From: Marinicella sp.
GTDB lineage: Bacteria > Pseudomonadota > Gammaproteobacteria > Xanthomonadales > Marinicellaceae
Length of the DNA stretch: 64,000 nucleotides
NCBI GenBank assembly: GCA_965230295.1
Contig: OZ246001.1
Coordinates: 3,840,001 to 3,904,000 of the forward strand
Reading direction: 5' to 3'
The position numbers and the translations under genes were made by a program. Of this stretch, positions 29,465 through 40,847 are shown piece after piece (the stretch's first letter is position 1; every line of letters starts with the position of its first letter). The notes beneath the pieces are model-generated. The model saw only the letters and a list, made by a program, of their open reading frames with translations, did no database searches and was not told the DNA's origin.

Positions 29465-30874
29465 ATGCAAACGCATTCAATCAAAACATTACTCAATGCT
29501 GCAGAAAGCGGTATTGAAACAGGTTCTACCGTACAAATCAAAGGGTGGATCAGAACCACCAGAGACTCAAAAGGTGGATTTTCATTCTTGGTGGTTCATG
29601 ATGGTTCATGTTTCGATGGTATTCAGGTGGTGGCTAACAATGAATTGGCCAACTATGAAAATGAAGTATTGAAGTTGTTCACTGGCTGTTCTGTGATCGT
29701 AAATGGCCAATTGGTCGAATCTGGTGGTAAAGGCCAATCAGTTGAGATTCATGCCAATGTGGTTGAAGTGGTTGGCTGGGTTGAAAACCCAGACACCTAC
29801 CCTGTTCAACCCAAACGACACACCATGGAATTTTTACGTGAGGTCGCCCACTTGCGTCCGCGCACCAACACATTCAGTGCCATGCTCAGAGTGAGAAACA
29901 CCATGGCTCAGGCAGTACACCAGTACTTCAACCAACATGGCTATTTTTGGTTACACACACCCATCATCACAGCCAGTGATTGTGAAGGTGCTGGTGATTT
30001 GTTCAGGGTCTCAACTTTAGACATGATGAACTTACCCAAAGACGACAAAGGTCAGGTTGACTATGCCAAAGATTTCTTTGGAAAAGAAGCCTATTTAACT
30101 GTATCTGGCCAGCTCAACGCAGAAACTTATGCCTGTGCTTTGAGCAAGGTCTATACTTTCGGCCCCACGTTCCGTGCTGAAAATTCTCACACCCAGAGAC
30201 ATTTGGCTGAGTTCTGGATGATTGAACCTGAAGTGGCCTTTGCTGACTTGAATGATGCAGCTCAACTGGCTGAAGATTTTTTGAAATTTCTGGTCCAGCA
30301 AGTGTTGGAAAATAACATGGATGACATGAAATTTTTCAATAGTTTTGTAGATAAAACGGCCATCAATCGCTTGGAAGCCTTACTCAAAGACAGCTTTGAA
30401 CGAGTGAATTATGCCGATGCTTTGGACATCCTTAAAGATTCTGGTGAATCATTTGAATACCCGGTTGAGTGGGGGCTGGATTTACAAACAGAACATGAGC
30501 GTTATTTGACCGAAAAACACTTTAAAAAGCCCATTGTCGTGATGAACTATCCAGAAGAAATCAAACCTTTCTACATGCGATTGAATGACGATGGTAAAAC
30601 CGTCGCTGCCATGGATGTTTTGGTTCCTGGTGTGGGTGAAATCATGGGTGGTTCTCAGCGTGAAGAACGCTTGGATTACTTGCTGAATCGTATGGAACAT
30701 CATCAATTAGATCCTGAGGAATACAAATGGTACACCGATTTGCGTCGATATGGCACAGTACCCCACTCCGGATTTGGTGCTGGATTTGAGAGGTTGGTCA
30801 GCTATGTCACCGGTTTATCCAATGTCAGGGATGTGATTCCATTCCCAAGAACACCTGGAACTGCGAAATTCTGA
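29465..30874 (+). CDS. asnS: Asparagine--tRNA ligase
   Basis: [41 protein letters not shown]; AAGGAG SD before ATG 29465. Confidence 0.97.
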   Translation: MQTHSIKTLLNAAESGIETGSTVQIKGWIRTTRDSKGGFSFLVVHDGSCFDGIQVVANNELANYENEVLKLFTGCSVIVNGQLVESGGKGQSVEIHANVVEVVGWVENPDTYPVQPKRHTMEFLREVAHLRPRTNTFSAMLRVRNTMAQAVHQYFNQHGYFWLHTPIITASDCEGAGDLFRVSTLDMMNLPKDDKGQVDYAKDFFGKEAYLTVSGQLNAETYACALSKVYTFGPTFRAENSHTQRHLAEFWMIEPEVAFADLNDAAQLAEDFLKFLVQQVLENNMDDMKFFNSFVDKTAINRLEALLKDSFERVNYADALDILKDSGESFEYPVEWGLDLQTEHERYLTEKHFKKPIVVMNYPEEIKPFYMRLNDDGKTVAAMDVLVPGVGEIMGGSQREERLDYLLNRMEHHQLDPEEYKWYTDLRRYGTVPHSGFGAGFERLVSYVTGLSNVRDVIPFPRTPGTAKF

Positions 30875-30897
30875 TTTTAGACCCATGAATCCTGTCT

Positions 30898-30922
30898 AAG
30901 GGCGAGCTGATCGCCCTTTTTT
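30898..30922 (+). terminator. Intrinsic terminator after asnS
   Basis: AAGGGCGA-GCTGA-TCGCCCTT followed by a T-run. Confidence 0.8.
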
Positions 30923-31013
30923 ATGAGGCGTTTTAAACCGATTTATAATTCCTTAGGTTAAATACTCTATTCACTGCATCTATAATGGCGATAAATTAAA
31001 TCACTGCTTAAAC

Positions 31014-31814
31014 ATGCAAACCATTGAAGAATTCTTTGCCAACTTGTGGCAACAATACACAGCCATCAATCCACAGGCACGTGCCATTCATTCTTTATTA
31101 GAAAAACGTGGTGAAAAGGTGGTTAACGATCATGTGGCATTAAGAACATTCAACACGGAAAAGTTGGGTATAGATAGGCTGGCAACGATCTTTGAGGACA
31201 TGGGTTATGAAAATCGTGGCCAATATGATTTCACTGCCAAACAATTAAACGCCTACCATTTTGAACACAAGAACAATCCCAATCATCCAAAAATATTCAT
31301 CAGTGAATTGATCACTGAATCATTTTCTGATGATTTACAAGACATCATAAAACGTTTGGATGATGAAGTGGCCCCGGATGAAGTTTTTGAACCCGATTTT
31401 TTGTACACTGGCAGACCCTGGAATTTGAGTTTCACTGAATACATCCAATTGTTGCAAGAAAGTGAGTACGCCGCATGGACAGCAGCTTTCGGATACCGTG
31501 CCAATCATTTCACTGTTTCAATCAATCATTTGAACACTTTTTTTGACATCGAATCTTTGAATCAGTTTATTTTAGATAATGGCTTTGCCATGAATGAATC
31601 GGGCGGATTAATCAAAGGCTCAGCAGAACAGCTATTGGAACAGTCTTCAACCATGGCACCGATGGTGAATCTAGAATTCAGTGATGTCAATCATTTGGTA
31701 CCAAGTTGTTTTTATGAGTTTGCTAAACGTTACCCCACTGAGTCTGGTCAGCTATACCAAGGATTCATTGCGGCATCGGCTGATAAAATTTTCGAAAGCA
31801 CAAACACCCAATAA
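31014..31814 (+). CDS. DUF1338 family protein (HglS-like 2-oxoadipate dioxygenase/decarboxylase)
   Basis: NDHVALRTF, PKIFISEL, ESEYAAW, NHFTVS, LLEQSST, FYEFAKRY. Confidence 0.8.
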   Translation: MQTIEEFFANLWQQYTAINPQARAIHSLLEKRGEKVVNDHVALRTFNTEKLGIDRLATIFEDMGYENRGQYDFTAKQLNAYHFEHKNNPNHPKIFISELITESFSDDLQDIIKRLDDEVAPDEVFEPDFLYTGRPWNLSFTEYIQLLQESEYAAWTAAFGYRANHFTVSINHLNTFFDIESLNQFILDNGFAMNESGGLIKGSAEQLLEQSSTMAPMVNLEFSDVNHLVPSCFYEFAKRYPTESGQLYQGFIAASADKIFESTNTQ

Positions 31815-31823
31815 TTTAAATCA

Positions 31824-33047
31824 TTACCCGGCTTGGCCATCAACCCTCGGCAACCACCAAATCGGTAGATAACGGCTGATGAACAAGCCAAAACCTAAGA
31901 CCCAAAATACCACAGACATGGTTAAGGTCCATTGGTAAGGTATCAGGTTGACCACTGGAACCAAAACCCGAGACAAGGTTGCAAACACCAGTGCCAAGAA
32001 ACTCCAAAACAAGACTTTGGGCGGTTGTTTCAAATCACGGCCCGTGTGCCCAAAACTGACCCGAGCCATCATTCCCACAGTGATCAGAGAAAACCCTCCA
32101 ATGGTTAAAAAATGTAAGGCCAAGTAATGAAAAGATTCATATACAACCGAACAAGCCAGAGACAGGAAACCTAAAACCATGAAGGCATAGCCTACATGCA
32201 GCACCCAAACCAAAGGCTTCTGCCAAATTTGCTTGTCGTACCAACCCAACAATCGCCAACCATGAAGCAATGCATTCACTAGAGCCAACGACAAGATAGG
32301 CCAGAACGACCAATTTTGATGCCTGAAAAAAGTCAGAAAGATAACCAATAATGAGTAAAATATAGGCCAGCTCAGTTCAATCCATGAATAGGTTCTGGCA
32401 TGGTACCTAACTGTCACACCATTTTGACTGAACATGGGAAAAACCCGTCCTGCCATGACACCAATTAATAAAATGATGGTAAATAAGGCCAATTGAGTGG
32501 CTTGTAACGCTTGCAAAGGGTGTTTCAACAACAAAGCCAAATGAGTCAATACATTCAAGCCCGTCAGGATTCCAATCACGCCAATCATTTTGTAATTGCG
32601 GCGGTTGTTATTTTGAATCAAGGGTTTGGCCACGTAGTAAACCAAAAAAAGTCCAAATAAATTGTCAGTTAAGGCCATTAGCCAGGGTGGCACTTCAGGA
32701 ATAAATGAACCCAATCGACCCAATAACCACAAGCCTACCAACAGCTTCAGGTGCCCCATTTGTGCAGTTTGAATGCCAGTCCAGTTCTTGATGGCCGTTA
32801 ACAAAAATCCGGCAACCACAGCCAAACCATAACCAAACACCATTTCATGAACATGCCACAATGTCAGCCCATAATAACTGAGACCTGGCAAATGCCACCC
32901 TTGCCTGATCATCAACCACAGCGGCATCACGATCAATGCATAAATGCAGGCGAAACAAAAAAATGGCCTGAAACCTGTGTGCCAGAAAGATTGATTGGGT
33001 CGCGTTTTTGGGTCAGTGTGTTGCACTTGCTTCAGCTGTATCTTCAT
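31824..33047 (-). CDS. nnrS: NnrS family heme-copper membrane protein
   Basis: GFRPFF, WHVHEMVFG, GFLLTAIKNWTG, RVSFGHTGR. Confidence 0.95.
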   Translation of the reverse strand: MKIQLKQVQHTDPKTRPNQSFWHTGFRPFFCFACIYALIVMPLWLMIRQGWHLPGLSYYGLTLWHVHEMVFGYGLAVVAGFLLTAIKNWTGIQTAQMGHLKLLVGLWLLGRLGSFIPEVPPWLMALTDNLFGLFLVYYVAKPLIQNNNRRNYKMIGVIGILTGLNVLTHLALLLKHPLQALQATQLALFTIILLIGVMAGRVFPMFSQNGVTVRYHARTYSWIELSWPIFYSLLVIFLTFFRHQNWSFWPILSLALVNALLHGWRLLGWYDKQIWQKPLVWVLHVGYAFMVLGFLSLACSVVYESFHYLALHFLTIGGFSLITVGMMARVSFGHTGRDLKQPPKVLFWSFLALVFATLSRVLVPVVNLIPYQWTLTMSVVFWVLGFGLFISRYLPIWWLPRVDGQAG

Positions 33048-33081
33048 ACAGCTAATTTATGTTGAATAATTCTCATCAGCA

Positions 33082-33095
33082 TTGATCCAGGTCAA
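33082..33095. promoter_or_regulatory. FNR/DNR-type box upstream of nnrS
   Basis: TTGAT-CCAG-GTCAA. Confidence 0.65.
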
Positions 33096-33184
33096 TTACC
33101 TTGTGCCAAACATGAAAAACCCATCACTTTGAATGAAATGACGGGTTTAAATTGACTGCATCAACAAACAATCGGCGATTGCTA

Positions 33185-34855
33185 TTAACTGGCATCTTGT
33201 TCCTGTTTGGCCCAGGAATCACGCATGGTCACCACTTGATTGAACACCGGTTTGTCCAGTTCATGTGTTTTATCTCTTTTAAAATAAGCGTTGCGTTCAA
33301 ACTGATAGACCACATCTTCATCATTCTCCACGATTCCAGGTTCTAGTAAAGCACCTGGGAGAATCTCTAAGGAAGCAGGGTTCACAGCATCCATGAAGTT
33401 TTCCATAGAAGCTGGCTTGGGGTGATTGAACAAGCGGTCATATAGACGCACCTCAATGGGTTCTGCATGAGCTGCTGAAATCCAATGGATGGTGCCTTTG
33501 ACTTTGCGTCCATCGGCGGTGCCACCTCTGCTTTCGGGGTCATAGGTACAGCGCAATTCAACCACATTGCCTGCTTCATCTTTGATGGCTTGTTGGCAGG
33601 TGATGTAATAAGCATGACGAAGACGCACTTCCCTACCCTCAGTGAGTCTGAAGAATTTGCGGTTGGCGTTTTCTTTGTAATCACTTTGCTCAACATAGAT
33701 TTCACGGCTGAAAGGTATTTCCCGAGAACCAAAACTTTTATCCTGTGGATGATTGGCACCCGTTAACATTTCTACTTGACCTTCTGGATAATTTTCAATC
33801 ACCACTTTCAATGGTTTCATCACACCCATGACTCGCGGTGCTGATTTATTCAGGTGATTCCTGATCACATCTTCCAACACGGTCATAGATATGACGGACT
33901 CTTTTTTACTGACACCCACCTGTTTGACAAAATCCCTGATCGCAGCGGCAGGATAACCTCGGCGTCTTAAGCCAGAAATGGTCGACATCCTTGGATCATC
34001 CCAGCCATCAACCACGCCATCTTGAACCAATTGATTCAAACGACGCTTTGAGGTCACCGTATAAGAAACATTCAAGCGAGAAAACTCTATTTGCTGTGGG
34101 TGACAGTCAATATCAATGTTATCCAGCACCCAATCATACAAGGGCCTGTGGTCTTCAAATTCAAGTGTACACAACGAGTGGGTGATGCCTTCAATCGCAT
34201 CAGAAATGCAATGGGTGAAATCATACATCGGATAGATACACCATTCATCACCCGTGTTGATGTGGTGTAAACGCCTGATGCGGTAAATCACAGGATCACG
34301 CATGTTGATGTTACCTGATTGCATGTCTATTTTTGCACGCAATACTTTCGCACCGTCAGCAAACTCACCTGACTTCATGGCTCTGAATAAACTCAGGTTT
34401 TCATCAACAGATCGATCTCGGTAAGGGCTGTTCACTCCTGGTCGATTGAAATCGCCCCTGGCTTCACGCATTTCCTCAGCTGTTTGGTCATCAACATAAG
34501 CCAACCCTTTTTCTATCAACTGTTCAGCATAGCCATACAGTTGGCCAAAATAGTCTGAGGCATGGAATTTATTGGTTTTCCAATCGAAACCCAACCACTT
34601 GATGTCTCGCTGAATGGCTTCGGCATATTCCTTGCTTTCTTTTTCCGGGTTGGTGTCATCAAAACGCAAATGACAAGTACCCTGATAATCGGCAGCCACT
34701 CCAAAATTCAAACAAATTGACTTGGCATGGCCAATGTGTAAGTAACCATTAGGCTCAGGTGGGAAACGGGTGATGACCTTGTCATGTTTTTTGGTTTCCA
34801 AATCTTCATCAATGATGTTGGTGATGAAGTTTTCAGTTACGTTTCTTTCTGTCAT
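33185..34855 (-). CDS. glnS: Glutamine--tRNA ligase
   Basis: [46 protein letters not shown]. Confidence 0.97.
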   Translation of the reverse strand: MTERNVTENFITNIIDEDLETKKHDKVITRFPPEPNGYLHIGHAKSICLNFGVAADYQGTCHLRFDDTNPEKESKEYAEAIQRDIKWLGFDWKTNKFHASDYFGQLYGYAEQLIEKGLAYVDDQTAEEMREARGDFNRPGVNSPYRDRSVDENLSLFRAMKSGEFADGAKVLRAKIDMQSGNINMRDPVIYRIRRLHHINTGDEWCIYPMYDFTHCISDAIEGITHSLCTLEFEDHRPLYDWVLDNIDIDCHPQQIEFSRLNVSYTVTSKRRLNQLVQDGVVDGWDDPRMSTISGLRRRGYPAAAIRDFVKQVGVSKKESVISMTVLEDVIRNHLNKSAPRVMGVMKPLKVVIENYPEGQVEMLTGANHPQDKSFGSREIPFSREIYVEQSDYKENANRKFFRLTEGREVRLRHAYYITCQQAIKDEAGNVVELRCTYDPESRGGTADGRKVKGTIHWISAAHAEPIEVRLYDRLFNHPKPASMENFMDAVNPASLEILPGALLEPGIVENDEDVVYQFERNAYFKRDKTHELDKPVFNQVVTMRDSWAKQEQDAS

Positions 34856-35002
34856 TTAAACTTCTGATTGTGTGATTAATGTAAGCGGTGTATTTTGACA
34901 GCAAAGTGATTAAAAATCGAGTCTGATTTCAAGCTATTCAATGAAACTCGGGCGAACCTGGTTTAAACTAATATGACAATAATTTTAAAAAGAGGAAATT
35001 AC

Positions 35003-37963
35003 ATGAAATCAAGAATAATAGTTTGCTTGTGTAGTGTCTTGATGTTGATGACAGCAGTCGCTGATGATGGTCAAGAACAACCCGCTGTTCAAGTAAACCC
35101 ACTTACCCCACAAATTAAAACGGTCCACAAGTTTGACATCTCATTGCCATTGAGAATGATGACACCAAAACCCATTGTTGCTCAAGATAAACGTGGTGGA
35201 TCAATGGTTGATTTTGGTCCAATCAGTAATGATGGTGATGCACCCTTCGTTCCTGACCAGGCATTGCAAAGTGAATTAGGACAACAACCAGGCCCGGTCT
35301 ATCAAAACGACTTTTTTGCTTTGGATAATATTTCTGGAGTTTCACCACCGGATCCAGCTGGAGATGTTGGCCCTAACCATTATGTGGCCATGACCAATTT
35401 ATCGTTTGTTGTGCTGGATAAGACCGGAGTCGTTCAATTTGGTCCAGCTGCTAATAACACAGTATGGACTGGCTTTGGTGGTGCCTGTGAAACTGAAAAT
35501 TCAGGAGACCCCATCGTGTTGTATGATCAAATCTCGGACCGTTGGTTGTTGTCTCAATTTACCTCGGCTGGTCCGCAATACTTTAACTGTGTGGCAGTAT
35601 CACAAACCGCCGACCCCACTGGTGCATATTACAGGTGGGCCATCCTTAACAACAATGGCCCAGGCAATGGTAACCAAGACTTGTTCCCTGACTACCCTAA
35701 ATACGGTGTATGGAGTGATGCTTTTTATATCTCTACTCGGGACTTTGATCGCAACGGTTCCGGTGCCTATGTCGGCGTGGGCGTTTACGCTTTGAATCGT
35801 GATGATTTAGTCAATGGTGTCCCTAATCCCACCACAATTTACTTCTTCGTTGACCGCTCCAGTGACCCTTGGCAAGTGGGTGATGGCTTGTTACCAGCAG
35901 ATATAGATGGGCCTACTCTACCCCCTCTTGGATCACCACAGTTTTTTGTTGGTACCATGGATGATGGTGGTCCGTATGGTGCCGCCAGTGATGCCATTTC
36001 GTTCTGGGAGTTTGATGCCGATTTTATCACGCCTGCCAACTCGTCATTTACCAGGACTGCAGTCATTCCAATGACGGCATATGATACCCAATTCCCATGT
36101 GGTGGCAGCAGGGCATGTATCGATCAACTGGGCACCAGCAATAAAATCGATATCCAGTCTTATCGCCAACGCCCATTACACCGATTGGCCTATAGAAATT
36201 TTGGCACCCATGAATCGTTGGTTACCAATCAATCAGTGGAAGCTGCTGCCGGTATTGGCGGCATTCGTTGGTGGGAAATTCGAGATCCAGATAATTCACC
36301 CAACATTTTCCAGGAAGGCACTTATGGACCTGGTGCCACCGATGGAATCAGTCGCTGGATGGGTTCAATAGCCCAAGATGCAGAAGGAAATATGGGGTTA
36401 GCCTACAGTGCATCCAGCTCAACCATCAATCCTGCCATCAGATTTACCGGACGCTTGGCTTCTGACAACTTGGGTGAAATGGATCGGACAGAAGGCACCA
36501 TCATAAATGGTACGGGTAGCCAAACCAACAGCCAAAGATGGGGTGACTACACTTCAACCAATATTGACCCAGTTGACGACTGCACATTCTGGCATGTCAA
36601 TGAATACTATGATAATAATGGCGGTGATTGGCAAATCCGTGTGGGCTCATTTAAGTTTGATGAGTGTGGTGTTCCAGGATTTCTCTTAACACCAGTGGAT
36701 CCATCAAAAGCCATTTGTGTCGGTGACGATACTTCATATGATATCAATGTCGGTTCAGTTGGCCAATACGATGGTGTTGTCACACTCAGCACGACGGGCG
36801 AGCCAGCTTCATCAACGGCTACATTCACCACCAACCCAGTACCTTCCTTACCTGGCAGTACAACCTTAAATATCACCAACACAGCCGCTGTTTCAAGCGG
36901 CGATTACATCATCAATGTATTGGGCACTTCCCCTACTGTTGATAATCAAAACACTGATTTGATGCTGAAAGTGTTTGCCACAACGCCAACGGCACCGGGA
37001 TTAGTTGCTCCAGCTGATGGCGCCATTAATCAGGACATCCAACCCAGCTTTAACTGGAGTGGCAGTGACACATTGGAATATACAGTGGAAGTGGCCACAG
37101 ACCCAGGATTTTCGAACATTGTCTTTTCAGACACCACAACAGGAACCACCATAGTACCCACCATTGAATTAGAAAATGCTACGGACTATTATTGGCGTGT
37201 AAGAGCTAACAACACTTGTGGTGATAGCACAAATTCTGATGTCTATACCTTTTCAACAATAATTGCACCTGGCGATTGTGCAGTCGATCAAGTAGCTGTT
37301 GAGCAATATGCCTACGGTTTCGAACAAGGCATTCTAGACTGGACTACTGAGAGTCTAGTGGCAGGTCCAGATGTTTGGGCCCCCAGCAGTGTCAATGTGG
37401 GATCTGGAAACACTTCCATGCTGGCAGTAGACATTTCCACAGTCACTGATCAAGTGCTGATCTCACCGCCCATTCAGTTACCAACGGATGAATTTCCAAT
37501 TTCATTGTCATTCTGGAATTTTCAAAATATCGAAGCCAACGATGGGACTGGTAGCCAAGCCTGTTGGGATGGTGGCATCCTCGAAATCAGTACCGATGGC
37601 GGTTCATCATTCAATCAAGTGCTCAGCGATTTGATTCTGACAGACCCATACAACGGTGGTGTGGTTTCTGGTCCCAACCCATTGTCTTCACTCAATGCAT
37701 GGTGTGCAGATGACATCGTACCAAGTACAGGCAATCAAGAGGATACGGTCACTGTCGATTTGAATGACTTTGCAGGTGAGACCGTACAATTCAGGTTCCG
37801 TTTAGGCACAGATGCCTTTGTAGGAGATGAAGGTTGGTATATTGATGATGTGCGTGTTCAAAGCTGTGTTCCAGATTTACCACCAGTCTGTGATCAAGCA
37901 CCACCATCCAATGATCCAGATGTAATATGGTTCAATGGGTTTCAGTGTGTAGCCGATAACTGA
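35003..37963 (+). CDS. Large secreted multidomain protein (PPD..VGPNHY / RWGDY domain, FN3-like, C-terminal beta-sandwich)
   Basis: Signal peptide from ATG 35003; motifs PPDPAGDVGPNHYV, FPDYPK, RWGDY, GWYIDDV; ends DPDVIWFNGFQ. Confidence 0.75.
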   Translation: MKSRIIVCLCSVLMLMTAVADDGQEQPAVQVNPLTPQIKTVHKFDISLPLRMMTPKPIVAQDKRGGSMVDFGPISNDGDAPFVPDQALQSELGQQPGPVYQNDFFALDNISGVSPPDPAGDVGPNHYVAMTNLSFVVLDKTGVVQFGPAANNTVWTGFGGACETENSGDPIVLYDQISDRWLLSQFTSAGPQYFNCVAVSQTADPTGAYYRWAILNNNGPGNGNQDLFPDYPKYGVWSDAFYISTRDFDRNGSGAYVGVGVYALNRDDLVNGVPNPTTIYFFVDRSSDPWQVGDGLLPADIDGPTLPPLGSPQFFVGTMDDGGPYGAASDAISFWEFDADFITPANSSFTRTAVIPMTAYDTQFPCGGSRACIDQLGTSNKIDIQSYRQRPLHRLAYRNFGTHESLVTNQSVEAAAGIGGIRWWEIRDPDNSPNIFQEGTYGPGATDGISRWMGSIAQDAEGNMGLAYSASSSTINPAIRFTGRLASDNLGEMDRTEGTIINGTGSQTNSQRWGDYTSTNIDPVDDCTFWHVNEYYDNNGGDWQIRVGSFKFDECGVPGFLLTPVDPSKAICVGDDTSYDINVGSVGQYDGVVTLSTTGEPASSTATFTTNPVPSLPGSTTLNITNTAAVSSGDYIINVLGTSPTVDNQNTDLMLKVFATTPTAPGLVAPADGAINQDIQPSFNWSGSDTLEYTVEVATDPGFSNIVFSDTTTGTTIVPTIELENATDYYWRVRANNTCGDSTNSDVYTFSTIIAPGDCAVDQVAVEQYAYGFEQGILDWTTESLVAGPDVWAPSSVNVGSGNTSMLAVDISTVTDQVLISPPIQLPTDEFPISLSFWNFQNIEANDGTGSQACWDGGILEISTDGGSSFNQVLSDLILTDPYNGGVVSGPNPLSSLNAWCADDIVPSTGNQEDTVTVDLNDFAGETVQFRFRLGTDAFVGDEGWYIDDVRVQSCVPDLPPVCDQAPPSNDPDVIWFNGFQCVADN

Positions 37964-37985
37964 ATAAATCAGTCATTGTAGAATC

Positions 37986-38017
37986 AAGGCCCTTGACAAT
38001 ATCAAGGGCCTTTTTTT
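37986..38017 (+). terminator. Intrinsic terminator
   Basis: AAGGCCCTTGA-CAATA-TCAAGGGCCTT followed by a T-run. Confidence 0.85.
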
Positions 38018-38031
38018 AACATCTAAAAATA

Positions 38032-38823
38032 TTAAATGCTGAATAACTGACGATCCTCTAGTCGCATGGCTGTCAACTGACCACCCCAAACTTTACCCGT
38101 ATCTAAACAGGTAACACGTTGGTCTTGATAGAATCCCAGTGCCGACCAGTGACCAAAAATGATGTGTTGTTTTAATTGTTTTACGGGTGCCATTTCGAAC
38201 CAAGGTTTGAGGTATTTCATTTTTGATTGGCGGCGGTTTTGAGTGAAATTCAATGAGCCATCTGCTTTGACAAATCGCATGCGGGTACTGGCATTGATCA
38301 CAAACCTTGATTTGGCTACCTTATCTAAATCTTCAGACCACCTCTTAGGTGTGTTGCCATACATGGTAGCGAAAAACCATTTTGGATTTTCTAATAAATG
38401 TTGTTGGGTTTTATCGGCCAATTCTTTAAACTGTTCAACCGTCCACCACGGGAACAAACCTGCGTGGACGATCATGTCATTGCCACTTTCCAAATACAAG
38501 GGCCTGTTCAACAACCAACTGATTAACAAAGTTACATCTGATGCTTGAAAGATGGCCTTGAATTCAGCATTGGAGACTTTTTTAGCAGTAAAATATTTGC
38601 TCAACATACTTAAGTCATGGTTGCCTAAAACAGCATCGCAACAATGCTGGTATGCATAAATCCAGCGCAAGACATCCAATGATTGTCCACCTCTATTCAC
38701 CAAATCACCACAAAAAATAATTTTATCCCTGCTGGGATCAAATGAGATGGTTTTGACCAGTTGCATCAAAGGGTCGAAACAACCCTGTACATCGCCTACG
38801 ACATAAGTCGCCATGTCAATCAA
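38032..38823 (-). CDS. apaH: Symmetrical bis(5'-nucleosyl)-tetraphosphatase
   Basis: [30 protein letters not shown]. Confidence 0.93.
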   Translation of the reverse strand: MIDMATYVVGDVQGCFDPLMQLVKTISFDPSRDKIIFCGDLVNRGGQSLDVLRWIYAYQHCCDAVLGNHDLSMLSKYFTAKKVSNAEFKAIFQASDVTLLISWLLNRPLYLESGNDMIVHAGLFPWWTVEQFKELADKTQQHLLENPKWFFATMYGNTPKRWSEDLDKVAKSRFVINASTRMRFVKADGSLNFTQNRRQSKMKYLKPWFEMAPVKQLKQHIIFGHWSALGFYQDQRVTCLDTGKVWGGQLTAMRLEDRQLFSI

Positions 38824-39449
38824 ACCCCATAAGTATTTCTATAAGCAGCCACTTTCGTCAAATTCTCAGTGTCGCCTTTGAGGTATTCAAACAAAGCATT
38901 CAAGTCAGCAATGCTGATTCTTGACAGGCCATGATCTTCTTGTAATTCTTGCATGGCAGACAACTCACCTTGCCCTCTTTCCTGACGATCCAATGCCACT
39001 GCTATGCCCACAGTATGCGCTCCTTCATTATTTATGATGTCGATCGACTCTCGCACGGAGGTACCAGCTGAGACCACATCATCAACGATCAGCACACGTC
39101 CCTGAACAGGCGCACCAATGAGTTGTCCTCCTTCACCATGTGACTTGGCTTCTTTGCGATTGAAAGCAACGGGTAAATTTTCAGCATACAAACGATACCA
39201 AGCTACAGCAATGGTGGTGGCCAATGGGATGCCTTTGTAAGCCGGACCATAGAGCATGTCGAACTGTAAACCTGAAGCTTTGATGGTTTTGGCATAAAAC
39301 TCTCCCAGTAATGCCAAAGACTGACCATCGTCGAACAGTCCCGCATTAAAAAAGTAAGGGCTGATGCGGCCAGATTTAAGGGTGAACTCACCAAACTTGA
39401 GTACCTGCTTGTTCACAGCTAAGGCTAAAAATTCTTGTGCAATGCTCAT
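38820..39449 (-). CDS. pyrE: Orotate phosphoribosyltransferase
   Basis: [46 protein letters not shown]. Confidence 0.97.
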   Translation of the reverse strand: MSIAQEFLALAVNKQVLKFGEFTLKSGRISPYFFNAGLFDDGQSLALLGEFYAKTIKASGLQFDMLYGPAYKGIPLATTIAVAWYRLYAENLPVAFNRKEAKSHGEGGQLIGAPVQGRVLIVDDVVSAGTSVRESIDIINNEGAHTVGIAVALDRQERGQGELSAMQELQEDHGLSRISIADLNALFEYLKGDTENLTKVAAYRNTYGV

Positions 39450-39550
39450 ATAATTGTCTGCTTTATTGGTGATGTTATCTTGCGAGAACTGCTGATTTTT
39501 TTCAACCCTTGAAGTGGTATAATTTGGTGTTTTTCAGCCACTGAATAACA

Positions 39551-40318
39551 ATGAAAATAATTACTCTGAACGCCAATGGTATTCGAGCTGCCCAGAAAAA
39601 AGGCATGTTTGAATGGTTCAAGAAACAACAAGCAGATATTTTGTGTATCCAGGAAACCAAGGCCCAGTTAGACCAACTTGACCCCAAATTATTCATCCCT
39701 CAGGGTTATCACCATTACCAGGCCGATGCCAGCAAAAAGGGCTACTCTGGCGTTTCCATATACAGTAAGCACCAGCCTCGTTCAGTTCAATATGGTATTG
39801 ATTGGCATGATTTTGATGATGAAGGGCGTTGGGTACAGGTTGATTTAGGACACTTGATTGTGGCTTCATTGTATTTGCCTTCAGGCTCTTCCAAAGAAAT
39901 TCGACAAGATTTTAAATACGTCTGCATGGAAAGACTTGAGCCGATTTTGCAACAATTGATTGATGGAGATAAGCCCTTTGTCATTTGTGGTGATTGGAAC
40001 ATTGCCCATAAGAAAATTGACATCAAAAACTGGCGTGGTAATCAGAAAAACTCTGGTTTCTTACCTGAAGAACGCGACTGGATGACCAAATTATTTGATG
40101 ACATGGGATTGGTAGATGCCTTTCGGGTCGTCGAACCAGGTGAAGAACAATACTCATGGTGGTCTAACCGTGGACAGGCATGGGCCAACAACACCGGATG
40201 GCGCATCGACTATCAAATCACTTCAAAATGCCTCAAAGACAAAGTTAAATCAGCCCACATATATAAAGAAGAGCGGTTCTCTGACCACGCTCCTGTGGTA
40301 GTTGAATACGAATTGTAA
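39551..40318 (+). CDS. xth: Exodeoxyribonuclease III / AP endonuclease
   Basis: NANGIRA, QETKA, GDWNIAH, GWRIDY, SDHAP. Confidence 0.9.
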   Translation: MKIITLNANGIRAAQKKGMFEWFKKQQADILCIQETKAQLDQLDPKLFIPQGYHHYQADASKKGYSGVSIYSKHQPRSVQYGIDWHDFDDEGRWVQVDLGHLIVASLYLPSGSSKEIRQDFKYVCMERLEPILQQLIDGDKPFVICGDWNIAHKKIDIKNWRGNQKNSGFLPEERDWMTKLFDDMGLVDAFRVVEPGEEQYSWWSNRGQAWANNTGWRIDYQITSKCLKDKVKSAHIYKEERFSDHAPVVVEYEL

Positions 40319-40324
40319 ATAATA

Positions 40325-40348
40325 AAAGGGCTCTGGATAGAGCCCTTT
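40325..40348. terminator. Bidirectional terminator between convergent genes
   Basis: AAAGGGCTCT-GGAT-AGAGCCCTTT. Confidence 0.8.
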
Positions 40349-40369
40349 GTGTTGCTTTAAAAAAATACC

Positions 40370-40750
40370 TTACTTTTTAATGGTGTCAATTTCATACCAC
40401 GGTGTCGGGTTGATGGGACACCTGAACCTAAACCCGTCAGTGGTAATTTCAACCCGAGAAGTGCGTGACTGATTAGGTTCCAATGGAAACATATCCAATT
40501 GTTCACGGGTTTTGTTGTTTTGTAATTGAAAGCCTACCAGTTTATTGGTCTTATTGGTCACCACAAACTCATAAGTTCCTGGTTTCAAACTGGCCAACGT
40601 TTCTTTGGCATCAAAATAACCACCGTATTGATCCAAATGGATGGTTGTTACCCCATCAACTTGCTTGGCCAATTCTGCTTGACCAGAAGTAGAGGCAGCC
40701 AAAGCCAATAAAAAAATCAATGTGATGAATGTGTTTTTTACATGTGTCAT
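40370..40750 (-). CDS. Small secreted cupredoxin-like-fold protein
   Basis: Probable ATG at 40750 (MTHVKN...) gives a signal peptide; LKPGTYEFVVTN and C-terminal CPINPTPWY. Confidence 0.6.
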   Translation of the reverse strand: MTHVKNTFITLIFLLALAASTSGQAELAKQVDGVTTIHLDQYGGYFDAKETLASLKPGTYEFVVTNKTNKLVGFQLQNNKTREQLDMFPLEPNQSRTSRVEITTDGFRFRCPINPTPWYEIDTIKK

Positions 40751-40847
40751 GGTTTTATTCCTATTAGTTTTAGTCAGTAAGTGTATTTTAGGCTCCCGTT
40801 TGATACGATACATGTCAATTAATCTTAATAAATAGCTTATTCGTCCA

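Noticed and set aside
39551-40318. Crc catabolite repression protein (divergent from pyrE as in Pseudomonas)
   Set aside because: It retains ExoIII catalytic motifs (QETK, GDWN, SDHAP), so it is called xth.
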